Origin: Frankiaceae bacterium
GTDB taxonomy: Bacteria; Actinomycetota; Actinomycetes; JAFAQI01
DNA: 64,000 nt
Reading direction: 5' to 3'
NCBI GenBank assembly: GCA_019239875.1
Contig: JAFAZI010000031.1
Span: 9,233-73,232, forward strand
Numbering within the stretch: the stretch's first letter is position 1; every line of letters begins with the position of its first letter. The translations under genes were made by a program, and so were the position numbers. Positions 49,303 through 59,868 of this stretch are shown in pieces. The notes under the pieces are model-generated. The model was given only the letters and a program-made list of their open reading frames with translations. It did no database searches and was not told where the DNA came from.

Positions 49303-49929
49303 ATGGCGGTGCCGCAGGCGGAGCGTGCCGAGCGCATGCGGGAGCGGCTGCTCGACGCGACGATCGAGTGCCTGGCCACGACCGGCTACGGGCTGATGTC
49401 GACCAACGACGTGGTCCGCACGGCGGGCGTGTCCCGCGGCGCGCTCGCCCACCACTTCCCGACGAAGACCGACCTGGTCACCGCGGCAGCGATCCGGCTG
49501 CTCGCCCAACGCGAGGCCGACTTCCGCGCCCGATTCTCCGCACTCGCTCCCGCGGACCGCACGCCCGCCGTCGCACTTGACGTCCTCTGGTCGTTCTACG
49601 CCGACCCGTCAGGCATCGCGCTCCTCGAGCTCACGGTCGCCGCTCGTAGCCACCCGGAGCTCAAGGACGTCCTCGCCCCGATGACGAAGCAGATCGAGGC
49701 GAGCACCGCAGACGTCTTCGGCGAGTACTTCCCGGACCTAGCTCGGCTGCCGATCGCCGAGCCGGCGCTGCGCGCTATCTATGCCTTGTTCGCCGGCCTG
49801 ACCGTGACATCGATGGGCGGCGACAGCCACGGCGACGAGGTCCGCGAGTTCCTCAAGACTCTCGTTGCTTTCAGTGACCTGCTCATCCCCCTCTTGCCGG
49901 ACCAGCTTCTCGCAGGGAGTTCCGCATGA
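49303..49929 (+). CDS. TetR/AcrR regulator
   Basis: STNDVVRTAGVSRGALAHHFPTK. Confidence 0.92.
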   Translation: MAVPQAERAERMRERLLDATIECLATTGYGLMSTNDVVRTAGVSRGALAHHFPTKTDLVTAAAIRLLAQREADFRARFSALAPADRTPAVALDVLWSFYADPSGIALLELTVAARSHPELKDVLAPMTKQIEASTADVFGEYFPDLARLPIAEPALRAIYALFAGLTVTSMGGDSHGDEVREFLKTLVAFSDLLIPLLPDQLLAGSSA

Positions 49930-50786
49930 CAGCTGCACCGTCGTACGCCGATGTTCCGAAGCCGGTGATCAAGACTCGCCGGGTCAGGTTCGACAGCTCG
50001 GGCCTGCGTCGTCACTACGCCGGCGGCGATCTCGTCATGAGTCACATCGTCGCGATCCTGTCGGCGATGTTCCCCGAGGGTGAGGACTTCTTCGTCCGGT
50101 CGGTGCGGCACTACTCCGACCGGATCACCGATCCGGTGCTGAAGGCACAGGTCGCCGGCTTCATCGGACAGGAGACGATGCACGGCCGCGAGCACCGGGC
50201 ACTCAACGACCGACTTCAACAGATGGGCTACCCCACCCACGCCGTCGACCGTCGGGTCAAGCGCGATCTTGCCCGGGCCCACCGGAAGATGCCGCCGAAG
50301 ATGCAGCTCGCCGTGACCAGCGCACTCGAGCACTACACGGCCACCCTCGCCGAGGTCCTGCTCGGCGACGAGAAAGCCCGCGACATCCTCGGCGACAGCG
50401 AGGTCCGCAACGTGTTGCTCTGGCACGCGCTCGAGGAGTCCGAGCACAAGGCGGTGGCGTTCGATGTCTATCGAGCGGTCGGCGGCACCGAGAAGATGCG
50501 GATCCGCGTGATGCGAGTGATGACCTTCTCCTTCTTGATCGGAACCATCCTCGAGACGATCATGTCGATGCTTCGTGACCGCGCGACCTACAACCCGGTC
50601 CGCCTCATCAAGAGCCTGCTCGGCCTGCGGCACTCTCCATGGCTCAGCAAGGAGGTGCGGCAGCGGATTCGCGACTACAACAAGGTCGGCTTCCACCCCG
50701 ATGACAACGACAACTCCGCCTTGCTCGCGCACTGGACCGAGGAGCTGTTCGGCGCGCAGGGCCAGCTGGCAGCGAAGCTCAAGTAA
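49926..50786 (+). CDS. Predicted metal-dependent hydrolase (ferritin-like EXXH motifs)
   Basis: FPEGEDFF, QETMHGREH, LEHYTA, WHALEESEHKAVAFD. Confidence 0.9.
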   Translation: MTAAPSYADVPKPVIKTRRVRFDSSGLRRHYAGGDLVMSHIVAILSAMFPEGEDFFVRSVRHYSDRITDPVLKAQVAGFIGQETMHGREHRALNDRLQQMGYPTHAVDRRVKRDLARAHRKMPPKMQLAVTSALEHYTATLAEVLLGDEKARDILGDSEVRNVLLWHALEESEHKAVAFDVYRAVGGTEKMRIRVMRVMTFSFLIGTILETIMSMLRDRATYNPVRLIKSLLGLRHSPWLSKEVRQRIRDYNKVGFHPDDNDNSALLAHWTEELFGAQGQLAAKLK

Positions 50787-52288
50787 TGGAGTCCCGAGTG
50801 CCGCCGGATCACGACGTTGTGATCGTCGGTAGCGGCTTCGGCGGCATGGGTGCGGCAATCCAGTTCAAGCGACTGGGGATCGATGACCTGCTGATCCTCG
50901 AGCGTGAGAGCGACCTCGGTGGCACCTGGCATGTCAATCGCTATCCCGGCCTGGCGGTCGACGTCGCATCGGTGACCTACTCGTACTCCTTCGAGCCCAA
51001 CCCATACTGGTCGCGCCTGTTCGCGCCCGGTGCGGAGCTCAAGCGGTACGCCGAGCACGTGGCCGACAAGTACGACCTTCGCCGGCACATGCGCTTCGAC
51101 ACCGCGGTCGGCGGAGCTCGCTGGGATGAGGAGAACCAGCACTGGGTTGTCTCCCTCGCGGAGGGTGAGACGGTGACCACTCGTTACCTCGTGACGGCCA
51201 CCGGCTTCCTGTCCCAACCGCATCGTCCTGACATCCCGGGCATCGAGGACTTCGCCGGGACCGTGATCCACACCGCGGCGTGGGACGACACGCACGACCT
51301 CGCCGGAGAGCGCGTTGCGGTGATCGGCACCGGTGCGACGGCGGTGCAGCTGATTCCAGAGCTGGCGAAAGTCGCTGGCGAGCTGACCGTCTATCAACGG
51401 ACGCCGATCTGGGTCGTGCCGAAGATCGACGCTCGGATCCCCGAGCCGGTGCAGCGGTTGTTCGCCCGCGTACCGGCCACGCAACGGTTCGCGCGCCTGC
51501 TCAACACGAGCATGCTCGAGCTGTTGATGGTCACCGCCGTACTGCACTTCCGCCAGGCGAAGCGCATGAACCGCCAGGCGGCAGGTATGGCGGTCCGCCA
51601 TCTCAGGCGCCAGGTCGAAGACCCGGAGCTCCGGCGCAAGCTCACTCCCGACTACGACTTCGGGTGCAAGCGGCCGACGTTCTCCAACGACTATTTCCCG
51701 ACGTTCACGAAGCCGCACGTCACCCTCGAGACGACCTCGATCGACCACTTCGAGGCGGACGGGATCGTCACCACCGACGGCCGTAAGACCGCCATCGACA
51801 CGCTCGTCCTCGCGACCGGCTACAACATCTGGGACATCAACTTCCCGGCGATCGAGCTGATCGGGCGCGACGGGCGAAACCTCGGCAAGTGGTGGCGCGA
51901 GAACCGGTTCCAGGCATACGAGGGCGTCAGCGTCCCGATGTTCCCGAATTACCTCAGCCTGGCCAGTCCTTACTCCTACAGCGGGCTGTCGTACTTCACC
52001 ACGATCGAGTCCCAGATGCGTCACATCAAACGGCTCTTCCGCGAACTGGACCGGCGCCATGCCCATGTCTTCGAGGTCAAGCAGGCGGCCAACGACCAGT
52101 TCCTGGCCCGGATGCGTTCGAAACTGACCTCGTCGGTGTTCAACCTCGGCCACTGCGAGACCGCCAACAGCTACTACTTCAACCAGCACGGGGAGGCGGC
52201 GATCCTGCGGCCGACGTCAACCGTCAACGCTTTCCGGGAAGCCGAGCGATTCCCACTGGACGACTACACATATTCCCGCGCCGGCTGA
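50786..52288 (+). CDS. Baeyer-Villiger-type flavin monooxygenase
   Basis: GSGFGG, GGTW..NRYPG, FAGTVIHTAAWD fingerprint, GTGATA, ATG motifs. Confidence 0.92.
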   Translation: MESRVPPDHDVVIVGSGFGGMGAAIQFKRLGIDDLLILERESDLGGTWHVNRYPGLAVDVASVTYSYSFEPNPYWSRLFAPGAELKRYAEHVADKYDLRRHMRFDTAVGGARWDEENQHWVVSLAEGETVTTRYLVTATGFLSQPHRPDIPGIEDFAGTVIHTAAWDDTHDLAGERVAVIGTGATAVQLIPELAKVAGELTVYQRTPIWVVPKIDARIPEPVQRLFARVPATQRFARLLNTSMLELLMVTAVLHFRQAKRMNRQAAGMAVRHLRRQVEDPELRRKLTPDYDFGCKRPTFSNDYFPTFTKPHVTLETTSIDHFEADGIVTTDGRKTAIDTLVLATGYNIWDINFPAIELIGRDGRNLGKWWRENRFQAYEGVSVPMFPNYLSLASPYSYSGLSYFTTIESQMRHIKRLFRELDRRHAHVFEVKQAANDQFLARMRSKLTSSVFNLGHCETANSYYFNQHGEAAILRPTSTVNAFREAERFPLDDYTYSRAG

Positions 52289-52325
52289 CCCGACGTGTCA
52301 GCCTCTCCGGCCGCTCCAGCGTCCG

Positions 52326-53080
52326 CTAACGCTGACAGGTAGCGATTGCCTCGCGGAGTTGTGCGACCGCGCGTGCGTCGTCGGTGTAGATCGCGATGCT
52401 GGGGAAACGCAGCGTGAGCTTTCTCGCGATCGCGACGTCGTTGTCCTTGGCGGTGTCTTCCCACCGCTTGTCGAGACGCAGGTGGATGCCGCCGTCGATC
52501 TCGACCATCAGCCGCTCGCGCGGAAGGTCGAACTCTGCGTCGAGGTAGCGGCGGCGGCCAGCGCTGTCCTTCCGCACCCTGGTCGCCGGCGTGCGGAAAT
52601 GGTGACGCCGGCACCACTTCAGGAACTCGACCTCGGACATCGCGTCGGCCCCTCCTTCGAGGTCCATACGGCGGCATCTACCGCAGCCCGGGCGACGTCA
52701 CAACAGGTGGGCGACGGGGCAGCACGTCCTCCGGGCCGAATCGGCGCGACTCATGGACGACCATGTTGACGCCGTCGACGGCCGGAACGTGGGCGCCTCG
52801 AGGCACGATGATGTGCACGCCATCGACGGTCATCCCATAGACCCTGACGCCGGACGCTTCGAGTCCCGTCAGCCCCGCCAATGCGACGACGCCAGGCGCC
52901 GAGAGCACCGCCGCCCACCGCTGCTGCTCGGGCGACAATGGGCCGTTGTGCGTGCAGATCACTATCTCGTTGAGTGACCGCCAGGAGCTAGCGGCCGACC
53001 TGGCGGAGGTCGCCAGGCGATCCGTGCCTTGACGCGCGACGCGGTCAATCCGGACCGGTACAGCTGACGCCGGGTCGCCA
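52326..53080 (-). pseudogene. Decayed DUF559/AbiEi-like endonuclease gene
   Basis: Fragments in three frames: THNGPL...VHESRRF; DVARAAVDAAVW; DLEGGADAMSE...YLDAEF..VEIDGGIH..LRFP. The 5' boundary is approximate. Confidence 0.75.
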
Positions 53081-53211
53081 GGCCGCACTGCTCGACCAGA
53101 AAATCCATCAGGCGATAGTGCGTGAGACCGGAGCGCGGCGCGTGTCGCTATCCCCAAACGCATCTGTCCGCGTGAGGGGACGCTATGACGACCGGAGCGA
53201 CTGACAAGTCG

Positions 53212-53685
53212 CTATTCCCGGGCCAGGCGTGCTGTGAAGGCGGTGTGGTACCGCCACATCAGATGATCGCCGTCGTACCACCTCCGGATCTCGACACCGG
53301 GCATTCCCTGCGGCCGAAGCACCAGCGCGCCGGCCTCGAAGGATGCGGCGACGCTGATCGGAGTGGCATGGTCGAGGGCCGCCACGTCGTTCACACCGTT
53401 CTCGTAGGTCCCGTCGGCACGCATGTCGTGAACGACGCCGCCCGCGGTGATCACGACGCGATCGCCGGCTTGTTCGATTCGCTCGATGTGCTGCCACATC
53501 GGGTGATCGTGGGAGAGCACGGTGCCGTCATCCGCGCGAAGATCTAGCACCCGCCAGAGGCCGCGGAGGTCCGGGGCGCCGTCGGCGAGCGGGTCGTCGC
53601 AACCGTCGAGAATCGGGCCAGGCATCGTCGCGCCGTAACCGCCGGGCGGGGTGTGAGCCGTGGGAACATCGAGGTACGTCGGCAT
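53212..53685 (-). CDS. Conserved hypothetical protein (lipocalin-like beta fold suspected)
   Basis: PDLRGLW, HIERIEQAGDRVVITAGGVVHDMRADGT; typical codon usage. Confidence 0.7.
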   Translation of the reverse strand: MPTYLDVPTAHTPPGGYGATMPGPILDGCDDPLADGAPDLRGLWRVLDLRADDGTVLSHDHPMWQHIERIEQAGDRVVITAGGVVHDMRADGTYENGVNDVAALDHATPISVAASFEAGALVLRPQGMPGVEIRRWYDGDHLMWRYHTAFTARLARE

Positions 53686-53725
53686 GCGCGAACTTCCGGT
53701 CAAGGTGTCTGGCGATCCTAGAAAC

Positions 53726-53742
53726 TGACATATAGACTGTCA
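53726..53742. promoter_or_regulatory. Candidate TetR operator
   Basis: TGACA-N7-TGTCA palindrome in an AT-rich divergent promoter. Confidence 0.65.
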
Positions 53743-53794
53743 ATAACCGCGGGGGCACGGTTGGTGCAGGAGCAGATTCGATGAGGAGCCGCGC

Positions 53795-54394
53795 ATGACG
53801 TCGGCAGCGACGGAGCTCGACGGCCGTCGGGCGAGGCGTGGCCGCAACCGCGAGGCGGTCGTCGACGCATTGCTCGAGCTGTTTCGCGAGGGGGAGCTGA
53901 GTCCATCGGTCGCCGCGGTCGCCGAACGCTCGGGGGTGTCGCTTCGGTCCGTGTTCCGGTACTTCGACGATCTCGACGAGATGGGTCGGATTGCCATCGC
54001 TCGGCACACCGAGGGCGTGCAGCACCTGTTCCCCCTGCCCAAGCTCGGGGAAGGTGCCCGCACTGATCGGATCAAGCGGATGGCTGATCACCGGGTGACG
54101 TTGTACGAAGCGGTCGCTCCGATCGTGCGAGCCACCATGATCCGCGCGCCTTTCCAACCAGTCATTGCGGCAGGCCTTCGGGACCGCCGCGAGTTCCTCC
54201 GCGGGCAGGTCGAAGCGCAGTTCGCGCCGGAGATCTCACGCGTCTCGGAGGCTGATCGGTTCGCGCTCGTGGCGGCGCTGGATGCGTTGACATCCTTCGA
54301 AACGCTCGAGTTGTGGCATCGCGATCGCGGCCTGGCGTTCACGAAGTGCGCGTCGGTCATGCGTCGCGCCCTCGACCAGTTGCTCCCTCGCTAG
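53795..54394 (+). CDS. TetR/AcrR regulator
   Basis: DGRRAR..NREAVVDA, VAERSGVSLRSVFRYF. Confidence 0.92.
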   Translation: MTSAATELDGRRARRGRNREAVVDALLELFREGELSPSVAAVAERSGVSLRSVFRYFDDLDEMGRIAIARHTEGVQHLFPLPKLGEGARTDRIKRMADHRVTLYEAVAPIVRATMIRAPFQPVIAAGLRDRREFLRGQVEAQFAPEISRVSEADRFALVAALDALTSFETLELWHRDRGLAFTKCASVMRRALDQLLPR

Positions 54395-54404
54395 GAGGCC
54401 TCCC

Positions 54405-55316
54405 GTGCACGCCTTGCGTACTCCTGACGAGCGATTCGCGAACCTCCCAGGTTTCGCCTTCGCCCCGCACTACGCCGAAGTGCCGGACGGCGCGGGCGGG
54501 TCGCTGCGCATGCACTACCTCGACGAGGGTCCCGCGTCGGCGCCGGTCGTCGTACTCATGCATGGCGAGCCGTCGTGGTGCTTCCTCTACCGCACCATGA
54601 TCCCGGTGCTGGTGGATGCGGGCTTGCGTTGCATCGCGCCCGACCTGATCGGTTTCGGCCGATCCGACAAGCCGACTAATCGCGAGGACTTCAGCTACGC
54701 CGGACACGTGGCATGGGTCACCAACCTGCTCATCGAGCAGCTCCAGCTGACGGATGCGACGTTGTTCGGTCAGGACTGGGGCGGCCTGATCGGGCTTCGA
54801 GTGGTCGCTGAGAATCCGGACCACTTCGCTCGCGTGGTCGTCGGGAACACCGGACTGCCCACCGGCGACGCGAAGATCACGGAGGCGTTCCTGAACTGGC
54901 AACGCTTCTCTCAGGAGACACCGAACTTCGACGTCGGCGTGATCGTGAGCATAGGTGTCGCGTCGCCCATGGCGCCAGCGGTCGTCGATGCCTACAACGC
55001 GCCGTTTCCTGACGACAGTTACAAGGCCGCCGCGCGAGCCTTCCCGTTGCTGGTCCCGACGCAGCCGGACGATCCCGCGTCAGCGGCGAATCGGAAGGCA
55101 TGGGAAGTCTTCGCGTCCTGGGACAAGCCGTTCCTGACGGCGTTCAGTGACAGCGACCCGATCACCGCCGGCGGATTCCGGGTCTTCCAGGACAAGATCC
55201 CGGGTGCGGCTAGCCAAGCCCATGTCACCATCGAGGCGGCCGGTCACTTCCTCCAGGAGGACAAGGGCCCCGAGCTCGCCGCAACGATCGTCGACTTCAT
55301 CAACTCGACGAGCTGA
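54405..55316 (+). CDS. Haloalkane dehalogenase (DhmA/DhlA-like)
   Basis: LRTPDERF, HGEPSW, GFGRSDKP, QDWGG nucleophile, AGHFLQED. Confidence 0.92.
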   Translation: MHALRTPDERFANLPGFAFAPHYAEVPDGAGGSLRMHYLDEGPASAPVVVLMHGEPSWCFLYRTMIPVLVDAGLRCIAPDLIGFGRSDKPTNREDFSYAGHVAWVTNLLIEQLQLTDATLFGQDWGGLIGLRVVAENPDHFARVVVGNTGLPTGDAKITEAFLNWQRFSQETPNFDVGVIVSIGVASPMAPAVVDAYNAPFPDDSYKAAARAFPLLVPTQPDDPASAANRKAWEVFASWDKPFLTAFSDSDPITAGGFRVFQDKIPGAASQAHVTIEAAGHFLQEDKGPELAATIVDFINSTS

Positions 55317-56025
55317 CCTCGGCGAGCGCCGCCGCGAGCTCGTTGATGAACGGCTGCATCACGACGGCATAGCAGCCATCGTCCCAGTCCTGCGTCGCGA
55401 TCGCGTCGCGCACTGCCCCGACGTCGGCGGCCGGGATCGCGTGCCATCGCGCGGCTGCCCAGGTGCGACCGTCGCCGATGATCACCGCGTCGACCCGGAA
55501 CGTCGCCAGTGGCCGGCAGCCCGGCGTCGCGATGCCTGGTGCGGCGTCGTCCGCCACGAGCTGCAGCAGCAGGAGCTCCTCATCCGCAAGCCGCACGGGG
55601 TAAATCGTCTCAACCCGCGGATAGGTCGCGGCGACGATCGTCGACGCCATCCCTGCCTCTTTGTGCACGTGGAGCTCCCGAAAGGCCGGCGAGGACTCCA
55701 TCTCGAGCATGGCGCGTCGCGAGGGGTAACGCACGATCGCGATGCGATCCCAGACCGGCACGTCGCCGATCAGCTGTTCGACGACCGGTGCCACGAGAAC
55801 GATCCGGGCGCCGACCGCCGCGAGCGGCTCGAACGGCGCGTACCGGTCGTCTGCCTCCTGGCCCGTGATCGTCGACTCGCGCCCGTCGCGGTAGTCGGCG
55901 ACCGCGCGATAGTGCATGAGGTTCAACGCCCACATCGGCTCGTCGTCTGGGATGGTGTCCCACGACGCGATGTAGTCGAGGTTCAGGGTGCCGTAGCGGG
56001 GTGGCTGCGTGGCGAGGTCGGTCAT
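55300..56025 (-). CDS. DUF1330-like dimeric alpha-beta barrel protein
   Basis: PMWALNLMHY, WDRIAIVRYPSRRAM, HVHKEAGM. Confidence 0.72.
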   Translation of the reverse strand: MTDLATQPPRYGTLNLDYIASWDTIPDDEPMWALNLMHYRAVADYRDGRESTITGQEADDRYAPFEPLAAVGARIVLVAPVVEQLIGDVPVWDRIAIVRYPSRRAMLEMESSPAFRELHVHKEAGMASTIVAATYPRVETIYPVRLADEELLLLQLVADDAAPGIATPGCRPLATFRVDAVIIGDGRTWAAARWHAIPAADVGAVRDAIATQDWDDGCYAVVMQPFINELAAALAEVSSSS

Positions 56026-58607
56026 GCGGTGGGCCCATCCTTGCGTGCCTCGACGAGCCGCATCATCGCGTCGGCCACCATCGGGCCGGCGTTCTGGTTC
56101 TGCCCGGTGACGAGATTGCCGTCGCTGACCCAGTGATTGGCGAACGGGTCACGGAAGCGGGTGGCGCTCTCGAACTTCGCACCCACGCGCCGTAGTTCTT
56201 TCTCAGGATGAAACGGCGTTCGGGTGATGCCGAGCTCGCGGACTTGCTTGTCGGTCACCGCACTGACCGCGCGCCCCTCGACCAGCGGTCGGCCGTCGGG
56301 TGCGGTCGCGTTCACCAGACCGAGCGGCCCGTGACACACGCCTCCGATGACCACGTCGGCGGCGGCCGCGGCTGTCATCGCATCGGCCAGCTCTTGCGAC
56401 GTCGCGAAGTCGAAGGCCGCGCCCCACCCGCCGGCCAGGAACACGGCGTCGTACTCGGCGACATCGACGGCGCTGATCGCGATGGAGTCGTTCAGCTTCT
56501 CCCGCAGCACCGGGTCGGCGAGCATGCGGTCGTCGGCGTCGCTGCGGATCACCGGCTTGAGCGACATCGGATCGATGGGTACGACGCCACCTCGCGGGCT
56601 GGCGACCTCCACCTGCATGCCGGCGTCGAGGAACGCGTAGTAAGGAACGGTCAGCTCCGAGGCGAACACCCCGGTCGGCTTCCCGATGTCGAGCACGCCG
56701 TGATTCGTGGCGATGACGAGGGCCCGGCACCCGGTGAGGTCGCCGTCGTAGCGGTCGGGTGCGTCAGGATGCATGCCGATCCGCTGCACGACTTTGCGAA
56801 GCACTCGCGCCGGCGGTGGCGGCTGCTGCTTGGTCACGGTCGACGCCCGACTCGTCTGGTACGGCCAGGGCGAGTTCCGCTCCGGCACGCAGTGATGGCG
56901 CTCTTCCTTCAGTCGCGCCTTGAGGTGGGTGAGCACCTCGCGGAACATCGGGTCGTGTGCCCGGTTGACCGACTCGGTCGGGTCGGCATCGAGGTCGTAG
57001 AGCTCCCACTCGTCGGGGAGCGGTTCGCGTCGGGTCATGGCACCGCCGACGCCGTTGGCGGCGAGCTGCTGGACGCCCGGTGTGGTCCACGTCGCCGGGT
57101 CGTCGAAGGTTCGGACGAGCTTCCATAGATGGTCCGCACCAAGCGTGGCGTCGCCGGCGGCCACGCGCGTCACGATGCCCTCGAAATTGCTCCCGACGTG
57201 GGCCGCGACCTGGATCCTTAGCGGCGCCGGAGGGTTCGACGTACGGTTCAACTTCCGGGCCAGCCCAGACAGGCCGGAGTCGCCCTCGAGCATGTTGTCC
57301 CGGGTGAGCAGGTACACGGCCCGATCGGCATCGCCCGATTCGCCCTCGACGGTCGGCATCAGGCTCCGGCCCGGAAGCTCGTGGACTTCTGAGAAGTTCG
57401 CCCGCAGCGCGGCGGCCGTCGCCTCGACGTCGATACCCGCCGCCTCGAGCAGCGTTGGCACCACATCGACGTGAGACGTCGGCGTGGTCACCTGCCGAGC
57501 CGTGGTCGGCCGGGCGCCGACTCGCGCGACGAAGAACGGGATCCGCGTCGCTTCGTCGTAGAGGTTGAACCACTTCTGATGCAGCCCGCCGTGAGCGCCG
57601 AGCAGCTCACCGTGGTCCGACGTCCGCACGATGACGGCGTCGGTCGACCCGTCCGTGACGGCTCGGCGGACCCGGTCGATCGACCCGTCGACCTCCGCGT
57701 GCAGCCGGTAGTAGAGGTTGCGATAGGCCTGCGCGCCCTTGCGATAGATGCGTTCGATCGCCGGCGCGGGGCCGTATCCGGTCGGGTAGCTGGCTCGATA
57801 TGCGACCTGCGCGGCCGGCTTGGATCGCAGGTCTTCGTGATCGGTGGGGGACTCCGGGATGTCGGGCGGGTCGAGCGGCGACGGCGCGATCGGGCTCCGT
57901 CGTTGCCATGCCGGGAACAGCACGATGTCGTGCGGGTTCACGAAGCTCACGACGAGCAGGAATGGCCGCAGCGCGTCGGCATCGCCTGCCGCCCGGCGGG
58001 CGTAGCGGTCGGCGAGCCACTCGACGGTGCGGTCGGCGAGCAGGGGGTCACGGCGCAGCCCACAGTCGGCGATCCCCGCGCCGTGGGGCTCGGGCCCGAC
58101 CCAGCCCGAGAACCCGTACGGTGCAAGCGGATCCGCGTCGAGATAGGCCTTGACCCCATCCGGCAGCACCTCGCCGGACGCAGTGTTGGTGGCGAGCGGC
58201 TTGCCGGTTGCCGGGTCGGTCAGGTCCGCGTGGCTGATGTGCCACTTGCCGTCGTAGTGCGTGTCGTAGCCAGCGGCCCGGAACCAGTTCCCGAGGGTGG
58301 GCACTTCGCCCTGGCGCAACCACCGCATCCGGCTGTCGTCGGCGGCCTTTCCGAGCCCGTCCGTCTGGGTAACACCGTGGACATCGGGGTACTGGCCGGT
58401 GAACAGCGTCGGCCGGCTCGGCACGCAGGCAAGCGAGCCGGTGTAGTGGCGCGTGAAGCTCACCGCGTTGTCGGCGAACCAGTTCGTGCTGGCCAGCTGC
58501 TCGCGCCGCCACGCTGCAATCGACTCGGACTCATACGACGGAGCCGCCCGCTCCTCGTCGGTCATGATGATGACGACGTCCGGCCGGCTGTTGTGCCGCG
58601 GGCTCAT
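56022..58607 (-). CDS. Type I sulfatase fused to a DJ-1/PfpI (GATase1-like) domain
   Basis: TDEER, CVPSRPTLFTG (CxPxR), GKWH, NPHD, SDHG, ELYDL; then GVFASEL..P, VASPRGG, AGGWG, VCHGP, VTGQNQ in the same frame. Confidence 0.88.
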   Translation of the reverse strand: MSPRHNSRPDVVIIMTDEERAAPSYESESIAAWRREQLASTNWFADNAVSFTRHYTGSLACVPSRPTLFTGQYPDVHGVTQTDGLGKAADDSRMRWLRQGEVPTLGNWFRAAGYDTHYDGKWHISHADLTDPATGKPLATNTASGEVLPDGVKAYLDADPLAPYGFSGWVGPEPHGAGIADCGLRRDPLLADRTVEWLADRYARRAAGDADALRPFLLVVSFVNPHDIVLFPAWQRRSPIAPSPLDPPDIPESPTDHEDLRSKPAAQVAYRASYPTGYGPAPAIERIYRKGAQAYRNLYYRLHAEVDGSIDRVRRAVTDGSTDAVIVRTSDHGELLGAHGGLHQKWFNLYDEATRIPFFVARVGARPTTARQVTTPTSHVDVVPTLLEAAGIDVEATAAALRANFSEVHELPGRSLMPTVEGESGDADRAVYLLTRDNMLEGDSGLSGLARKLNRTSNPPAPLRIQVAAHVGSNFEGIVTRVAAGDATLGADHLWKLVRTFDDPATWTTPGVQQLAANGVGGAMTRREPLPDEWELYDLDADPTESVNRAHDPMFREVLTHLKARLKEERHHCVPERNSPWPYQTSRASTVTKQQPPPPARVLRKVVQRIGMHPDAPDRYDGDLTGCRALVIATNHGVLDIGKPTGVFASELTVPYYAFLDAGMQVEVASPRGGVVPIDPMSLKPVIRSDADDRMLADPVLREKLNDSIAISAVDVAEYDAVFLAGGWGAAFDFATSQELADAMTAAAAADVVIGGVCHGPLGLVNATAPDGRPLVEGRAVSAVTDKQVRELGITRTPFHPEKELRRVGAKFESATRFRDPFANHWVSDGNLVTGQNQNAGPMVADAMMRLVEARKDGPTA

Positions 58608-59044
58608 GACAGCTCCTCGAGGTAGTCGGCTAGGCCGGCCAGCATCCGGCTGGATTCGCTGCCCAGCTTGCGGCGCAGGACGCGGCTGACCACCTTGCCG
58701 GGAGGACCGGGCACTGCGTCGATCGTCGTGGACATCGTCGTCAGCGTCCCGCCATCCTGCGGGAGCAGCGTCCACGTCGTCTCGACGGCACCCGCCGCCG
58801 GCGGCAGGCCGGTGATCGCGTACCTGAGCCGCTCGTCCGGCAGCCAATCCGTGACACGTTCCAGCAGCGCGATTCGCCCGAGCTGCACGCGGCGTACCGC
58901 CCCAACGCCGTCGGTCGTCGCGCTGGCGACTGAGGAATGCTCGACGCCCGGTGCCCAGCGGCTGATCGCCCCGAAGTCGGCGAGCGCCTTCCAGACCGCC
59001 GCGGGCGGATGCGAGATCAGTCGCGATTTCGCAACCGTGGTCAT
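58604..59044 (-). CDS. SRPBCC/polyketide cyclase family protein
   Basis: [34 protein letters not shown]. Confidence 0.85.
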   Translation of the reverse strand: MTTVAKSRLISHPPAAVWKALADFGAISRWAPGVEHSSVASATTDGVGAVRRVQLGRIALLERVTDWLPDERLRYAITGLPPAAGAVETTWTLLPQDGGTLTTMSTTIDAVPGPPGKVVSRVLRRKLGSESSRMLAGLADYLEELS

Positions 59045-59868
59045 GGGATCACCACCTGGTGGAGGTCGTCGCCGAGCTCGAGCCGGCCCGCGAAGTGTGC
59101 GGCGGCCCGGCGCCGCCACTCCGGCTCTGAATCGGGTGTCAAGGCTGGGACGTAGTGAGTCAGAACGAGCGTCGCCGCGCCGGCGCGGGCGGCGGTCTGC
59201 GCGACCTGCTCGACAGAGGAGTGGTACTCGCAGACGTCCTGCAATCGCTGCAGCGGTGCGGCTTCGAGCAGGTCGGTGCGCAGGGCGGTGTGAACGATCG
59301 CGTCCGCCCCGAGGCACAAGGCGTCCAATGACTCGCACGGGACGGTGTCCCCTGCGGCGACCACCGAGCGCTCGCCGTGCTCCACCCGGAACGCGATGGT
59401 GGGGCTGACCGGCCGATGGTCGGTGGGTCCGGCGAGCACGGTGACCTCTGGCGTCTTGAGGCACACGCCCTCGGTGACCTCGTGGACGTCGACGGGTGGC
59501 GTCCACGTCAGGTCCGCGTGGTGCGCGATCCGGTATCGGATGTCGGGTGCCAGGGCGGCGAGCAGGCCGTCGACGACCTCGCTCGTGCCTGACGGCCCGA
59601 CGATGGTCAGTGGGGCCGGCTGGAAGCTGGTCACCCAACGGCTGGTGATGACGTCTGACAGGTCGGTGATGTGGTCGCTGTGCAGGTGCGTCAGCAGCAC
59701 GGCATCCAGACTGGCGGCGCTGGCCCCAACAGCTGCCGCGCGCATCAGCACGCCTCGACCGGCGTCGATGAGCAGCGTTGTCGAGCCGGCCCGGATCAAG
59801 GTCGACGGTCCGGCGCGGTCCGGGTCGGGCAGCGGACTACCGGTGCCGAGCAGGGTGATCTCGATCAT
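59041..59868 (-). CDS. RNase Z/arylsulfatase-like MBL-fold metallohydrolase
   Basis: LLGTGSP, IDAGRG, THLHSDH, AGDT, YHS, LTHYVP. Confidence 0.9.
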   Translation of the reverse strand: MIEITLLGTGSPLPDPDRAGPSTLIRAGSTTLLIDAGRGVLMRAAAVGASAASLDAVLLTHLHSDHITDLSDVITSRWVTSFQPAPLTIVGPSGTSEVVDGLLAALAPDIRYRIAHHADLTWTPPVDVHEVTEGVCLKTPEVTVLAGPTDHRPVSPTIAFRVEHGERSVVAAGDTVPCESLDALCLGADAIVHTALRTDLLEAAPLQRLQDVCEYHSSVEQVAQTAARAGAATLVLTHYVPALTPDSEPEWRRRAAAHFAGRLELGDDLHQVVIP

